From contig JAHRHZ010000012.1 of assembly GCA_024137785.1 (NCBI GenBank), positions 37,693,431 through 37,757,430 on the forward strand: 64,000 nt of DNA. Direction: 5' to 3'. How positions within the stretch are numbered: position 1 is the first letter of the stretch; each line of letters begins with the position of its first letter. The notes under the pieces are model-generated. The model saw only the letters and a program-made list of their open reading frames with translations. It ran no database searches and had not been told where the DNA came from. Positions 36,944 through 50,781 of this stretch are shown piece by piece. Made by a program: the position numbers and the translations under genes. The stretch comes from Ginglymostoma cirratum (lineage: Eukaryota).

Positions 36944-39900
36944 TGTAGCAGCTATCCTGGCTGCTAAAACACAGATTGCTAACTTGGCCAAACGGCAAGA
37001 CCAAGCAAAACTCTGAAATCACAGAACCCACACTCTAAACACAGCAGCCAAGTACTAATCACATTATTATAATGTAAAAGCAACAGTTATCTTCAACAAC
37101 TATCCTCAACAAGTAACACCCAACAACTAATCCACTAGACAAAGGAGGGCCCGGACAGAAAGGTACTGGGGTCCTGCTACACAAAGTATCTAACAGTAGC
37201 ATGTCATCCAAATGATTGCCTCTGTTTCAAACTATTAAGTGTATCTTCCTGATTGGCTAGAACTATAGAAAGTTCCAGAAAACCACCTAAAAAGGTATAC
37301 AAAAAAAAAAGGTTCACCTGCAGACCTTCTTGGGACTGCTATTGGAAGCTCCGGGGAGACCAGCGTGGCAAGAGGCAGGGAGCAGCTGACCATCTAGAGG
37401 AAGAAAGCAAGAAAGCAGCTATGCAGACCCAGAGAGGCAGCATCTGCGTAAATCTACAAGAGACTCGGGAAGTACTGTAACCTTAAGGTGTCATATAGGA
37501 TTAGAGACGGCGTGTTTAGTATAGAAAGGTTATTGTAACTTTGTTTTGCATGGGTACCAGCTTGTGTTCATATTCATTTGACTGCTTTAGTACTGTGGGA
37601 CACCTTGAGAAATTAATTCATAACATTCTAGTTGGTGTTTAAATTGTTTTAAGAAGAGACAAAGCCAACTTTAGCATCCATGTTAAGAGGCTTCGGTTTG
37701 AAGCGACCCTCATGGTCTTTTGAACCCAAACTGCCTGGTATCTTGCGTGTTCAGCCTGAGCTGGTTGTTAAGAGGGCAGCTGCCCCACATGAAGGTCAGG
37801 ATATAAACCGAATATGCGAGAGGCTGGCACTGATCACACACATTGAGCCATAAACCAGGTACCTTAAACTGTGACATGCACAATAAAAGCCAGGTGTTCT
37901 ACAGCCAGAGCAAGCAAAGCTTAAGCTGAAGAAAGGTAATGCGAAACATAGGGACTGTGAGGAAGTCAGCCTAGAGGGGGACAGATGTTCGCCTCGTGTG
38001 AAAACCTAGGGGCATTTCGGACTCCTCGAACAAACCAAGGAGCTTTTATTTTAACCCTCAACTGTCTCTGTCCCAAAAGTGTCAGACGGGGTTGATGTGA
38101 GGGGGGCTTTATTTCATTTATTTTTAGTTCCAATGAGTAGAAGAAATTTTCCTCTAAATTTTAAATCCTTGTTGTCCTCGTTCTGGGAGTGTTCGATGGG
38201 GATAAAGCTAAGAGAATTGATTTTTAGTTTACTTTGAGTTTGAATGAGTAGAGGGAAATTTACTCTCTAATTTGTTTCCCCTATCTCAAGAATATTTGGT
38301 GGGGACAGAGTTGAGGGAAAGTCATTCTTTACTTTCAGAGTCAAAGGAACTTTATTTTAAGTTCAGGAGAGTTGAAGGACCTTTGAGTTCCAAAGAATTG
38401 AGGAAACTACTTTTAAGAGAAATCCAGTAATGAACACTGCAATAATATGCTTGCTAGCAAAACAGGACAAGTTTCCACTCGTCCGACATGGAAGTAAACT
38501 CTCAGACAATACCTTTTTAAAAGAAAGTGGCCCAAATGGACAGAATTCTGTAGCAGCGTAGGGTGGCCCTGGACCACAGGTTCCATGGTCCAAGATATAT
38601 GACAAGAAACACATGACAAATCAGGAAAGGCGGCCACTGAGATAACCACAGCAATAGCAATAGCATGTAGTCTACAAGAATACCGTAGAAGACTAGCTGA
38701 TATTAGATTGCTGTGGGAGCAATTAGAAAATCACTACTGAATGAAATGGAGACGTTAACACTTGTTAAAGAGCAGGACACCAGAATACAGGAAAATCTGA
38801 TTCATACAGGACAGTTGCAGTCACAACTGGGAAGAGCCTGTTCTAATGACAGGAGGGCCACTGAGGACTGAGAGGCAGCCTCCGCAAACATTAACAAACT
38901 GGAATGACAGGGTAGGGAGTTTCAAGCAGCCATATAGGTTGTCCAAGCCCGCAATGCACATCAGGCCCTAGTATGGAGCATTCAAAGTGCTAGGAATAAA
39001 TACTGTCCCTAGTGAACCACATCTCCGCCCAGAGTGGGATAATGTGTGCCTTTGGATTTCTACCTCCCCAGGGAGAGAACGAGAGGCCCCACATTGACAC
39101 TCAGTCCACCTATGCCCCACAAATGGGGTTCCCTGCTGCCTTTCTCCTGGGTGACTGCACTTTCAACCGCCACCCCTGACCCACAGCTGAAACCACAGCC
39201 CACGCGCATAAGTGTAGTCTGGACTTCCTATAGACCCCTCCAACTTGGAGAAATGATAGAAGAGGCAGGCATTCACTAAGGAGTCCCAGACAGACTCTCT
39301 GTCCATACAAGTCCCCTGCCTCCAGAAGTGGAGAACTCTCCCAAGTTAACCCCAAAACCCAATCTGTGCTATAACTATGGCCAAACCGGCCATTTCATTC
39401 AGGACGGTTGGGCACCTAAAATTCCAACTTGGCACTGGGAAGTTTGGAAAAAGGGGCCAACATCCAGGTTCCCATCTTGGCAACAACAGCTGGAAGGAAA
39501 ACAAGCCATGGCTTATACGCTGATGACAGGTGCAACTCCATAATGGAAACACCTTTAAAGGTCCCCAGCCACAAGTGCACAAGCTGCCATCCCCATGCAG
39601 GGCAAATTTATTCTATTGCCCTTACTGTTTTCTCTTTAAAAAAAGGGGTGCCAGGAATGGGTGACAATTGCAACAATGTGACAATTTCAAAATGTTATGT
39701 GGCACATGATGTCAGAAAGTTGACCAAGATATTTACAGAAATTACTTTTTTTTGGTAAGTGCACCAGAGTAGCTACTCTAAGAAAACGATGCAACCCTTA
39801 CAGAGCATTAATTGTATATAGCGTATAACTATTATAATGACTGTATCCAAAAATGTAACGCAGGCACAAATGAAAACATACCAGAATACCTGTGGTACGA

Positions 39901-40239
39901 CGCACCAGACAATGTGGTATGTGTAGATGGGACCCACAAACAGTTAATAAATTAAAGAAAAGGGAACTCCTTAATGGCCTAGCCACAATATTCGGGGCAG
40001 GGGTGTCAGTGGTCAATAGCCTTGACTTAGCTAATTTGGACCCAAGAAGTGAAATAAGCCTAGGTGGAGTGAATACAGACAGACAATCAACAAGAGACCA
40101 CAGGATGACAACAGAGAATTAGGCTAGCCACCACTCAGTGACCATACTAGAGGGTTCATTGTGGGACACCTGGGATAATTCATTCATAACATTCCGGTCA
40201 GAGTTGTCTAAATTGTTTTAAGAAGAGACAAAGATAACA
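36944..40239 (+). mobile_element. ERV-like LTR element with gag and env-like remnants, no pol, in CCNH intron 6
   Basis: TG..CA ends with a 4-bp TSD GCAG (36940-36943, 40240-40243). LTR 3' end repeated at 37594-37670 and 40160-40239. Degenerate zinc knuckle CYNYGQTGHFIQDG. KLKKR-ELLNGLATIFGAGVSVVNSLDL resembles a furin site plus fusion peptide. Confidence 0.7.
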
Positions 40240-42811
40240 GCAGATGTTCTGAAACTGTTTATATAAAACTGTTGGATGCAGAAATAATTGCAAGCTGAGC
40301 AGATACAATGCAGTTTAGAAAATATGAATTCATAAGCTTCATATTATTTCTGAAATGCAGGTAGGACAAGGTGACACTGACTTACAGAACACAACAAAGC
40401 AAAGGGAAAGGCAAATAGATTACCGGGGTTTCTTTCTAAAAGGTACAGAATACAAATGCATGGACTTAAGAAAGCACTCATATTAGGTAGGTTGTGACTA
40501 GTATTACGATGGGCTGGAATGGAGGGAGAATCAAATTGGAATCACAAAAACTCAGAATGCAAAGGGAGCCCCCATACCTCTACCAACTTTTTAGAAGTTC
40601 CACTTCTTTGCTTTCTTCCCATAGCCATATTTGGACATTTACTTAAAAAAGGAAGTGACATTTTCCTAAAAGCTAATGAAACTGCCTAAGCGTTAAAACT
40701 GTCATCTCCTCTCTGGTGCTTATTATGCTAAATATGTATCCTTCAGTTAATGATCATCATACTACTGGGATAAAAAGGTTTCTTTTTATTTATCCTATTA
40801 AAATCCCTCACATTTTGTCACGACCACAGATTATAACCCCGACCACCTACAGACATACTGGACTTTTCTTTTTAAGAAAAGTTTTTATGTAATTCAGAGA
40901 TACAACCAAAAGAGGACAACAGAAGTAAATCCAGTGGCATCTGGATGACAGACATATGGTTTCCCCTTTCAAGAATATAAAAGGATAGAACTTAAAGGAG
41001 TGTGTCAACGCTGGTCTGCATGCGATAATGGGATGAGGTACATGTGTCTACTATCTACACTCGAGCACAAGTGTACTGTGAAAGTCATCCACTAGTCACT
41101 CCTGTGTGGCAAGTAAAGAACTCTCTCACTCAGTTCTGGAAGCCAATTAGAAAACCTATTCAAAAGGAAACAGGACAAAGGAATTTCAGCTAACAAGTGA
41201 AAAATTTTGAAAATGACTGCTCAACTATCAACATTCCACTATCTGCTGTTCTTGAACAACCTTGCGACTGATTTTCCAACAACTTATCATCATCTTTTGG
41301 TATGTGTTTTGTGTGTGTCTATGCGTGCACATGTGCGCGCTGGTTATTACAATTTTGAACACAAGATTTAAAATTCCTCGAAACCATCTGTGCTCCTAGA
41401 ACAATTCAACTTCTCTTCTCTACATAAATATCTCCCTCTCTAATTCATTCTGATAAACATTCTCTACATTCTATCAAAAGATTGGGACATCCTTCCTAGG
41501 GTGTGATGCTTAGTACTGGCCACATTAACTCCGGCTGAGGCCTAACTGAAAAGCTGTAAAGTTTTAGAATGGATACAAAACCAAGGAAGCCAAAGTCCCT
41601 GCTTATAAATATAAGCACCCCACAATTTCTACATTAAACTTCATCAGCACCGCATCTGCTCATTTTAACAGTCAATGCCTTCTTAAAATTAGCTAAAACC
41701 CTTCTCCCTATGCAATATATTTTTGAGTTTCATATCATTCTCAAAAGGTTAAAATCGTGCCCTTTATATCTAAATCCAGGACATAAATACATATTTAAAA
41801 AGAGCATTAGTCTCTCCCACTCAATGTTTAGGGAATATCACTGTTTACAAATAGAAGTGAGGTTTACAATCAGCCAGTAATATTGTCCGGTTTTCTGTCC
41901 CTACCCAAGCTGCCAATGCCCCATTAATTTCACTTCAAATCTTTTAATGTCTATTGGGGTTCTTTAATTGAACACCTTTCAAAAGTCCACATGCACATCA
42001 CTTAACTATTTTCATCAACTAACAATAACCTTCATTGTAAAATATTGGTTGCAAAGGAAAATTGTTGGAGTATAAAGGGACGAGCAGAGGGTAGGACTTA
42101 TTGGATAGGTCTTTCAAAGAGCTGCCATAGGGACCATGTATTTCGTGGCAACCTTCTGGTTCCATTGCCTGTAATCTGAGATAGGAAAGATATTAAAAAA
42201 ATGAAGGAAGTACTGAGTAGATTGATAAACAGACCGAGGATAAGAAGTTACAGTTTAAAAGTTTGACTTGAAGAATTGTGACTAATTTCACCAGAGGTGA
42301 TAAAATTATGAGGGTTAAAATATTATGAAATTAGGATAGGTTAAATAGTGATCATCAGTAAGATAATAATGCTAGAAAACTAGGATACAGTAGTTGGAAA
42401 AAAGAATTAAAGGTTAGAATAAAATATTTACACAAAGGATGTTAAAAATTTGGAATTCTCTACTGTAAATTGATGTAGCATTGGGCAGACATTCTTTGAA
42501 AATTGGACTACGATTTCTTAAAAACTAAGAACACTAAAACAAAATAGAAATTTGGATTAGGCAGACTTTATGGCCCATCGTTTGTGCTTTAGCAGTCTAA
42601 TTCTGTGAAGGGAATTTGAAGTGAGATTAATGGGGCATTGACAAAACTATATTCTAAATACTATAACTGAACTTTTAAAATATCTCCATAAAACTTGTTT
42701 ACACTGAAGCAAAAACTGTCAAATTACACAGCTAATTAATCTCAATTTAGTAGCAACCATTTCAGGTAATGTAAATTCAATCTACCATAGAAATTGTGCA
42801 AGATTACTTAC

Positions 42812-42882
42812 GTCTGATTACTTCAACCAGTTTTGACAGGCATTCATTGTTGTCTTTTACCATAAGGCATTCTGTTAAGTAG
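42812..42882 (-). CDS. CCNH: CCNH exon 6: (S)YLTECLMVKDNNECLSKLVEVIR
   Basis: TAG acceptor, GTAAGT donor. 71 nt. Confidence 0.94.
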
Positions 42883-43159
42883 CTACAGTACGAAATACAA
42901 AATTAAAACAAAGATTAATACAATAGTTAAATGATTGCTAGTATATGAAATTTACTCATGTCAAAATAACAGTGTCAAACACAACTGTCTCCAACAGTGA
43001 CAAATAACAAAACGTTATGAAGAAAAATTTCAGCAGATCGATCAGAATCTATTGCTTCCAAAACAAAATGCTCAGATTACATCTCTCAGCTTTTATATTC
43101 CTTAGAAGTTATAATAACCCCTTAGAAAATTCACCCATGCCGTCTTCATTGTTTGAGTA

Positions 43160-43460
43160 ATCTCAGAATAAAGAGGTGACAATTTATGACTGAGATGAGG
43201 GGGATGTCTTCTCTCGGAAGGTTATGAATCATTGGAATTTTTGTCACAGAGGGCTGTGGAGGCTGAGTCCTTGTGTATACTTAAGGGGGAAGATAGATTC
43301 TCGATCAGTAGGAGAAATCATGGGATACAGGGAAAATGCAATAAAGTGGTCTGGGATGGAGGAATGTTGGATCAGCCAGGATCCTATTGAATTGCATAGC
43401 AGGCTCCAGGGGCTGAACAGCCTACTCCTGTTCCTACTTTTTTTTATGGTCTTAAATGTT
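43160..43460 (+). mobile_element. CR1 3' end fragment
   Basis: AGAGGGCTGTGGAGGCTGAGTC..GCCTACTCCTGTTCCTA tail. Confidence 0.75.
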
Positions 43461-44985
43461 CTACAAATTCCAGAAATCATTTTGCATACTGTTGTGATAA
43501 AAAATTATAAACAGTCCTGTATTTCTTAGGTACGGTCATCTGCATTGTGCTACAACTGACGTTGGAGGAGAGTATAGTCTCTTCTAGTCTCACTATTTCG
43601 AAGCTCACAATGTAAGTGTAAATGCTTGACCTAGTTATTGAAATGGCCAATTATACACTTTAGCTATATTAGGTTTACAATAAAAAGATCCATCACTTCA
43701 GTTGCTTTGAAAAACAACAATTACTGATTTAGTGTGACAATAGGACTCAATCTGCTTCACATCTTTACTGAATAAGAGTTTGAAATATGAAAGTAAAAAT
43801 ACTTGTCCCTTTAAATAATCCCAACATGTCCACACACACACCCCAATTTAAAAAAAAATTAAGAACTTTCTCCATAGAGATTAACCTCGAATTTAAGAAA
43901 ATCACTTTGGCCAATTATGATTAGTACCTGATGGAGAGAATAAGATGGCTTTTAGTCAGATTCCTAGTACACATAAATGGTGATACAAAACATAGACAAC
44001 CATCACTGGATCATAGTTCACTCAAGATTTGTTAAGGAGTCAGAGTTTTTTTCAGGAGTAACAACTGTATTCTTTTTTCAGTCTCACACTGGACTCCTCC
44101 TCAGAAAAGCACAGAATAAGCAAAGTAGTTTTTCTCTCTCTCCCTCTTGCTTGCTCTCTCCCCTTCACCGCTCCATTTCACAGCAAGCTGTAGCACGTTT
44201 GAATTCCCTGCAATATAACAAGTGCCACAGCTTATGACAGCTATAAACACAGATGTGATTTCCAGTGAATCCAGTGGTTCCACAGACTTGGCAGTTTAGT
44301 TAGACCAAACCATGAAATTTTAATAAATAGTTTTGAAGAAAAATAGTGTCCCAGTGCCCTTTCCATGTTTAAAAACCAGGTACTCGCTCAGTACTCCAAA
44401 TTAACACAACCCCTTAAACATGAATTCCCAAAACATTAATAATGAAGGAGCTTCATAACAGTTAATTGTTCATAATTAAGGATGTTAGGATCAAGCCAGG
44501 ATCCGCAAACCAGTAAGTAGAGAAAGTACCAGAAACATACAAATAAGGAACAAGAGTAGGCCACTCGATCCTTCAAGCTTGCTCCACCATCCAATAAAAT
44601 CATAACTGATTTGATTCTAACTTCAGATATATTCTGAAGTTTTGCCAAAGTCACAACTGCTTACAAATTTTTAAACCATGTGGAATTGTCTAGAACTCCA
44701 GAATTTCATTCATCAAACAATATACAACAAACCAAGTATAACTTCCATTACTAATTCCTCCATGGTATTTCCACCTTATTTAATACGTAATCAATCTCTC
44801 AGATCGGGGGAAAAAAACACTTCCTGCACATTTAAGGTTTTATATCCAGTGAATCAATAATTCAGCTTGCTATTTTCCTCTATTACTAACACTCATTTCA
44901 AGTTATCCTCAAGCAACTCAGTGAATTATCTGCAGTTTGTCTTGACCCAAATATCTCAAGTTGAAATACTAAAGGGTACCAGTAC

Positions 44986-45149
44986 CTATCCAGATTAATG
45001 CCTGCCCTGGAGGCACTGAAATGAATAGCTGCTATTGCTATTTGTGATGGTGTAAAGAGAAGACCAGCGTCAGTTGTAGTTGCTCTGCTGAGAAACTCAT
45101 CTGCCGTTTTTCGCAAGGCTTCTGGATTTTCTACCACTGAGCATCGAGC
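44986..45149 (-). CDS. CCNH: CCNH exon 5: [54 protein letters not shown]
   Basis: TTTAG acceptor, GTACT donor. 164 nt. Second cyclin fold motif TD..LL.TPSQIA. Confidence 0.96.
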
Positions 45150-45895
45150 CTAAACAGAAAGGAAACAGCAATAATTATCGAGAGAAATGTATTTCCATAA
45201 CTTTCATCTCTTACCAATGTAGTAATTCATCTTTTAAAAAACTTGTTTTTTTCTCTTCAAATCTGAAACTCAACAGAAATCATCCATTCTTATTTGGGGG
45301 GGAAAAGTCATGTGATCTATTGCTGCTTTTCCAATGGAATTACAAATTGCAATCAATAGACAGATAGATCCTTGAAACTTTTAGATAGGTTAACAATGCA
45401 AAATTTTAGGTCTTATATGAAGAAACTGTCACTCCAACAAAAATGTGGGGTGCTGCTCGTGGTGCAAGAGTAGACAGCAAAAGCACGTATCCTCTCTAGG
45501 TATTTTTAATCAGTCAGTCAGTTTGGGTGTGTGTGACAAAACTCCAGGTCATGTGGGACTTGACCCAGACCTTCAGGCCCAGACATAGGGCACTATCACT
45601 ACAACTCAAGATCCTCATTATCGCCTCTCAATGCTATTACCTAAGAAACACAAGAATTAAGAACAAGAGCTAATTCAGCCCTTCGAGCCTGCTCCACCAT
45701 TTTGATATGATAAAGGCTGATCTCATCTCAGCCTCAACTCCACTTTGATGCCTGCTCTTCATAACCTTCAATCCATTACTACTCGAAAACCTGTATCTTC
45801 TCCTTAAATTTAGCTACTCTCCCACCATCCATTGCACTCTGGAGTAATGAATTCCATAGATTCATGGCCCGTTGACAGACATAATTTCTCCTCAT

Positions 45896-46137
45896 AAGAA
45901 CAGAAAGAACTGCAGGTGCTGTAATTCAGAAACAAAAACAGAAATTGCTGGAAAAGGTCAGCAGGTCTGGCAACATCTGTGGAGAGAAATCAGAGTTAAG
46001 GCTTCGGGTCGAGTGACCTTTCCTCAGAACCCTGAGTTTTGCGGAAGGGTCACTTGACCCAAAACATTAACGCTGATTTCTCTCCATAGATGCTGCCAAA
46101 CCTGCTGAGCTTTTCCATCAATTTCTGTTTTTGTTTC
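45896..46137. mobile_element. PLE family B palindromic mini-insertion with two divergent decayed hammerheads
   Basis: Inverted arms of about 100 bp meeting at about 46030. Partial TSD TAATTTCTC. Confidence 0.85.
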
Positions 46138-46681
46138 TAATTTCTCATGTCTGGTTTAAATCTGTTTAAATTGAGTCAAAAGTACTTTTCAGACTAATTT
46201 GGAAGTTAAACTTGCACAATTTTTATAATTAAGACAAAGTTAATTAATTCTGAATTACTGACAACAGGTGTAAACTTTTCATTCCAATCAACCATTGAAA
46301 CCACACCCCATGAAATTGGAATGGGTTTCTCTACACAAGGCAAAACTAATATTTCAATGGCACCTTAGTTACTGAAATACACTGTTTGGAGGTCCGATCA
46401 TGTTTATAAAGTTGACTGAGGGACATAGCCCAACTAAACTGAGACAATAAGTATCAGTTCATAATGTTAAAATCTTGAGTAAACCCTAAAAAGTACAGGA
46501 TTAAGAAAGACAATAAAAGTTTCTTCGTGCTAAAACAACAAGTTACACAACTGTCATGCTTTCAGCAAGAATTCCAATGTGAAATACTCTGGTGAACTGA
46601 CAAAAGTGTTAACCAGATGAAGCAATATCAGGTAATCAGTCAGTCAGTCTCATGGCAGTAGCTTGGAGCAGTTTATTTTCA

Positions 46682-47060
46682 CATCAGCCAATGAAGGTGG
46701 GCAGGAATAACGTCTTCCCCTCTGTTGGTCTGTCTGCAAACAATACCTCTCAAACACTAAGATGGAATTCAATGAAAAATGGTACACCATATGGGCTATT
46801 TCCTAAGGAAGAATGGATTAGGTTTTAGCAAAGATACGGACCAAAATCCAACAACTTATTAAAGGGTCCATTAACATCGGATATTAAAGGGAAAAATAAC
46901 TTTAAAAATTTACTCATTTTACTTAGAGGGGGATTGATTATTTTAGAAGCTTTTAGATTGTGCCAGCTGGAATATTGCCGTTTATCACAACTGATCAGAG
47001 TTTTTAGAACAGGTTATTGGATGAGGGCAAATCAAACTCATCTCTAAACTCTGAGACCTT
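46682..47060 (+). mobile_element. Possible Helentron-associated (HINE/DINE-like) non-autonomous element, degraded
   Basis: TCTGTTGGTCTGTCTG microsatellite, then GGAATTCAATGAAAAATGGTAC..CCTAAGGAAGAATGGATTAGGTTTT, resembling a common fish repeat (recalled, not searched). Confidence 0.35.
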
Positions 47061-47079
47061 GATCTTTGCTCCCCTCTCT

Positions 47080-47945
47080 GTAATTGGATCCTTGATTTCC
47101 TGACAAACAGATTAGGCGACAACACCTCCTCTACCATAATCCTCAACACGGGTGCTCAACCCCCTACAATACTCCCTCCACACTCTCAACTGTGTGGCCA
47201 AATTGATTTACAAGTTTGCCGACATGACTACCGTTATAAATTGGATCTCAAACAATGTTGGGATAGAATACAGGAAAGAGATTACACCATGCTGCTAAGC
47301 ACTCAAAGACAACAATCAGTCCAACATCAGCCAAACAAAGGAGCTGGTCATTGACGTCAGGAAGGGGAGTGGAGGACACACCCCCCCGTCTGCATCAAGA
47401 AAACAATGTTTCTACTTCCTTAGGAGGCTAAGGAAGTTCAGCATGCCCACAAAGACACATCAATTTTTATAGATGTACCGTAGAAAGCATCCTATCCGGA
47501 TGCATCACCGCACGGTATAGCAACTACTCTTCCCAAAACTGCAAGAAGCTACGGAGAGTCATGAACACAGCCCAATACATTACGCAAAATAGCATTCCAT
47601 CCATCGACTCCATTCATATTTCCCACTGCTTAGGGAAAGCGAGCAACATAATCAAAGACCCTTCCCACCCCAGTTATACTCTCTTCCACCCTCTTCTGTC
47701 AGGAAGAAGGCATAGAATACACATACTTATAGATTCAAGAACAGCTTCTTCCCTGCTGTTATCAGACTTTTGAATGAATCTCTCAAATGTTCATTCTGAT
47801 CTCTCTGCACCTTCTCTGCAGCTGTAATGCTTTATTCTACACTGTCTGCTACTCTGATGCACTTTTTATGGTACGATCTGCCTATATAGCACGCAAAACA
47901 ACACTTTTCACTACCTCTGTACACGTGACAACAATAAATCAAGTA
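47080..47945 (+). mobile_element. Rex1/Babar-type LINE 3' fragment
   Basis: NWILDFLT, LNTGA, TKELVIDVRK, FYRCTVESILSGCIT and KASNIIKDPSHP motifs. ACAATAAATCAA tail. Confidence 0.85.
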
Positions 47946-48074
47946 ATGTAGCAGAATTATTTTATTTTTACATTTTATCAAATATATCAAGTAGAATGTT
48001 GCTTCAAAGTTGTGAAATGAGACACACTGGATTTGGCAAAAGACTATTTCAAGGATTCAAACTATAGAAAAGTA

Positions 48075-48920
48075 GAATTCATAGAAAAGTTACAGCACAG
48101 GAAGACAGCATCCGGACCATTGTCTATTCTGGCTAAATAAATTAGCACCCATTCTAATCCCTCTTTCCAGCAACTGGTCGTCAAACTCACAGGTTAAAAT
48201 GCTTCAGGTGCAAGTCTATGTCCTTTTCAAATGAAGTAAAAAAGAGCTTCTGCCTCAACCACCAAACTGGGAGTGAGCTCTAGACACTCCAGCCTCTGGG
48301 TAAAAAAGCTTTCTCTGATGTCCTCTAATCCTTCTACCTGTCACCACACGTTTGAGCACCATAGCAATTCACCTCTTTTGCAAGGGAAACGGTTCTTTCC
48401 AGTCAACTTTATCCTAGTTTATTGTTATTTTGTACAGCTCAGTTAAGTGGATAGACTGGATTTGTTTTCACTGGAACACAGAAGGTTGAGGGGCGACCTG
48501 AAAGAAGTTTAAAAGATTGTGAATGGCATGTATAGAGTGGAAAGTATGAGGCTTTCTCTCAGGGTGGAAGAGTCAATTACTAGTTGACACAGGTTCAAAG
48601 TGCAATGGAGGGAAATTCAAAAGACACACAATGGATGGCGTGTGCCTGGAATGCACTGCCAGAGGGGTTGGTGGAAGCAGACACAATAGCAGCATTCAAG
48701 AAACACCTGGACAAATACATGAATAGGAAGGGAATAGAGGGATACGCATCCTGTAAGTGAAGACAGTTTTAATATGGAAGAGCAAAATGTGTTGGTGCAG
48801 GCTTGGAGGACTGAAGGGCCTGTTCCTGTGCTGTCTTGTTCTTTGTAAGTCACCCCTCAGCTCCTCTTTCCAAGGAAAACATTAGCTTGTCCAATCTTTT
48901 CCTCATGACATTTCCTAAAA
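48075..48920. mobile_element. Nested CR1 3' ends (minus copy interrupted by a plus copy at about 48445-48845)
   Basis: GGAATGCACTGCCAGAG..GAAGGGCCTGTTCCTGTGCTGT tail. Confidence 0.75.
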
Positions 48921-49519
48921 TGTCATGGCTTTATACGTTAATATATCATACGTTAGCAAGGGTATCAGCTTGGTGGATGGCACTCTTGCTAGGAAAGGAG
49001 TTATCTAAAGTGTCCAGAGCCTCTAACTTATAATGTCTACCCCTTCCCAAAATTCTGACACTCAGTCTCTTGCCTTCACCAATCCACCCTGTTTACAAAC
49101 CTCCATCTCCCTGACTCCCTTCCCATTACTTCCCTCTCCAGAAATTCCCTTTCAAAGATCCAGATCCAATCCAAAGCTCGAAGTCTGAGGTGTGGTTTCC
49201 CTTTTCTGAAATCTCACTGTAAGGAATCAAGAGTTGCAAGAAGCAGAAAGACGAGATTTAACAGTCATTTAAAACTGGACACATCAGCCCCAGCTTGGCC
49301 ATCTGCACCATCAGGAACTGCACTTTGACAACCCTGGAGCAAATCAAAGGGTCAGAGACGTGCTGAGGCCAGAAATCGGAAGGTCAGGGATGGAGTATCT
49401 TGCAGTGACCAGGTGGTCAGACTGAGAGGCTCAGGAAGCAGAATTGGTGGCTAGCTAGAGGTACTGTAAGCACAATTTACACATTTATTTTACATTTTTA
49501 AAAATGTTATTTCATTTAC

Positions 49520-49920
49520 CAATGAGACTCTATCACTGAAATTTAGAAGAATGAGAGGTGATCTCATTGCAACATACAGGATTCTTTAGGGGTTTGGCAT
49601 GATAAATGCAGAGAGGATGTTTCTCTTCATGGGAGAGTCTAGTCTCGGAATAAAGGAGCAGCAATTTAAGACTGAGTTGAGGAGGAATTTCTTCTAAGGG
49701 TTGTGAATCTTTGGAACTCCTTGCCACAGAGAGCTGTAGGGGCAGAGTTCTTATGTATATTTACGGCTGAGATAGGTAGATTCTTGATCAGTAGGGGAAT
49801 CATGGGCTACTGGGAAAGGGCAGGAAAATGGACATGATGGAATGGATCGGCCATGATCTCACTGAATAACAGAGCCAACTCAAGGGGCCAAATACCTTAC
49901 TCCTGTGCCTGTTTCTTGTG
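49520..49920 (+). mobile_element. CR1 3' end fragment
   Basis: AGAAGAATGAGAGGTGATCTCATTG.. similar to 25890-26260. Confidence 0.8.
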
Positions 49921-50572
49921 GCCAAGCAGGTATTTAGTTATGTAATTGTTCATTGAAAGAATCTAATGAAATTTTCTTTTTTCAATAGGCAGATCCTACA
50001 GAAACCCCAGTTTCAACGTAAGCTCCTCCAGAAATCAATGCACAACTTAAAAATGAAAATTTTCAACACTGCAAACATAAATTACTATTCACAACAGAGG
50101 TCAACGGAGTTTAGTATACTAAGAAAATTAAGTGATAAGAGAATTTTGAGAGAAGACTGAATGAAGGTAGTAGATCAGTCATGACAGTATTGACTGGTAC
50201 AGCAGGCCCAGCAAGCCAAAAAAATCTATTCCAGTGCTGAATTTCTCTGACCCTCGGTGAGATGCTTGAAATGTCACATTGCACAAATGGTTGTACTTTA
50301 AAACGTTTAACTTGAAGGCAGAAGAAAATGGGAAAATGAATTTTACCAGAAATCAACCAGGTCTTAGTTTTCTTGGTGGGTTTCTCTCTATAAATCCAAC
50401 AAATTTTCAAACATCTTCCAAACTCACCCACTTACCTATGCACCACATCCCTATTTTACCCTGCTTGTTGTATCCTCCCTCTGACCACAGGCAAAGTACT
50501 GGCCACTGCTGGGAACTCCCAGCGTTGCTGGTGCCAGCGCCATCTTTAAAACGCAGCAATTCACTGACCCAC

Positions 50573-50781
50573 AGATAGTAGGAACTGCAGATGCTGGAGA
50601 ATCTGAGATAACAAGGTGTAAAGCTGGATGAACACAGCAGGCCAAGCAGCATCAGAGGAGCGGGAAGGCTGACGTTTCGGGCCTAGACATTTCTGAAGAA
50701 GGGTCTAGGCTCGAAACATCAACTTTCCTGCTCCTCTGATGCTGCTTGGCCTGCTGTGTTCATCCAGCTCTACACCTTGTT
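50573..50781. mobile_element. PLE family A palindromic mini-insertion
   Basis: Inverted arms of about 80 bp. Hammerhead core 50693-50720. 15-bp TSD AATTCACTGACCCAC at 50558-50572 and 50782-50796. Confidence 0.9.
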
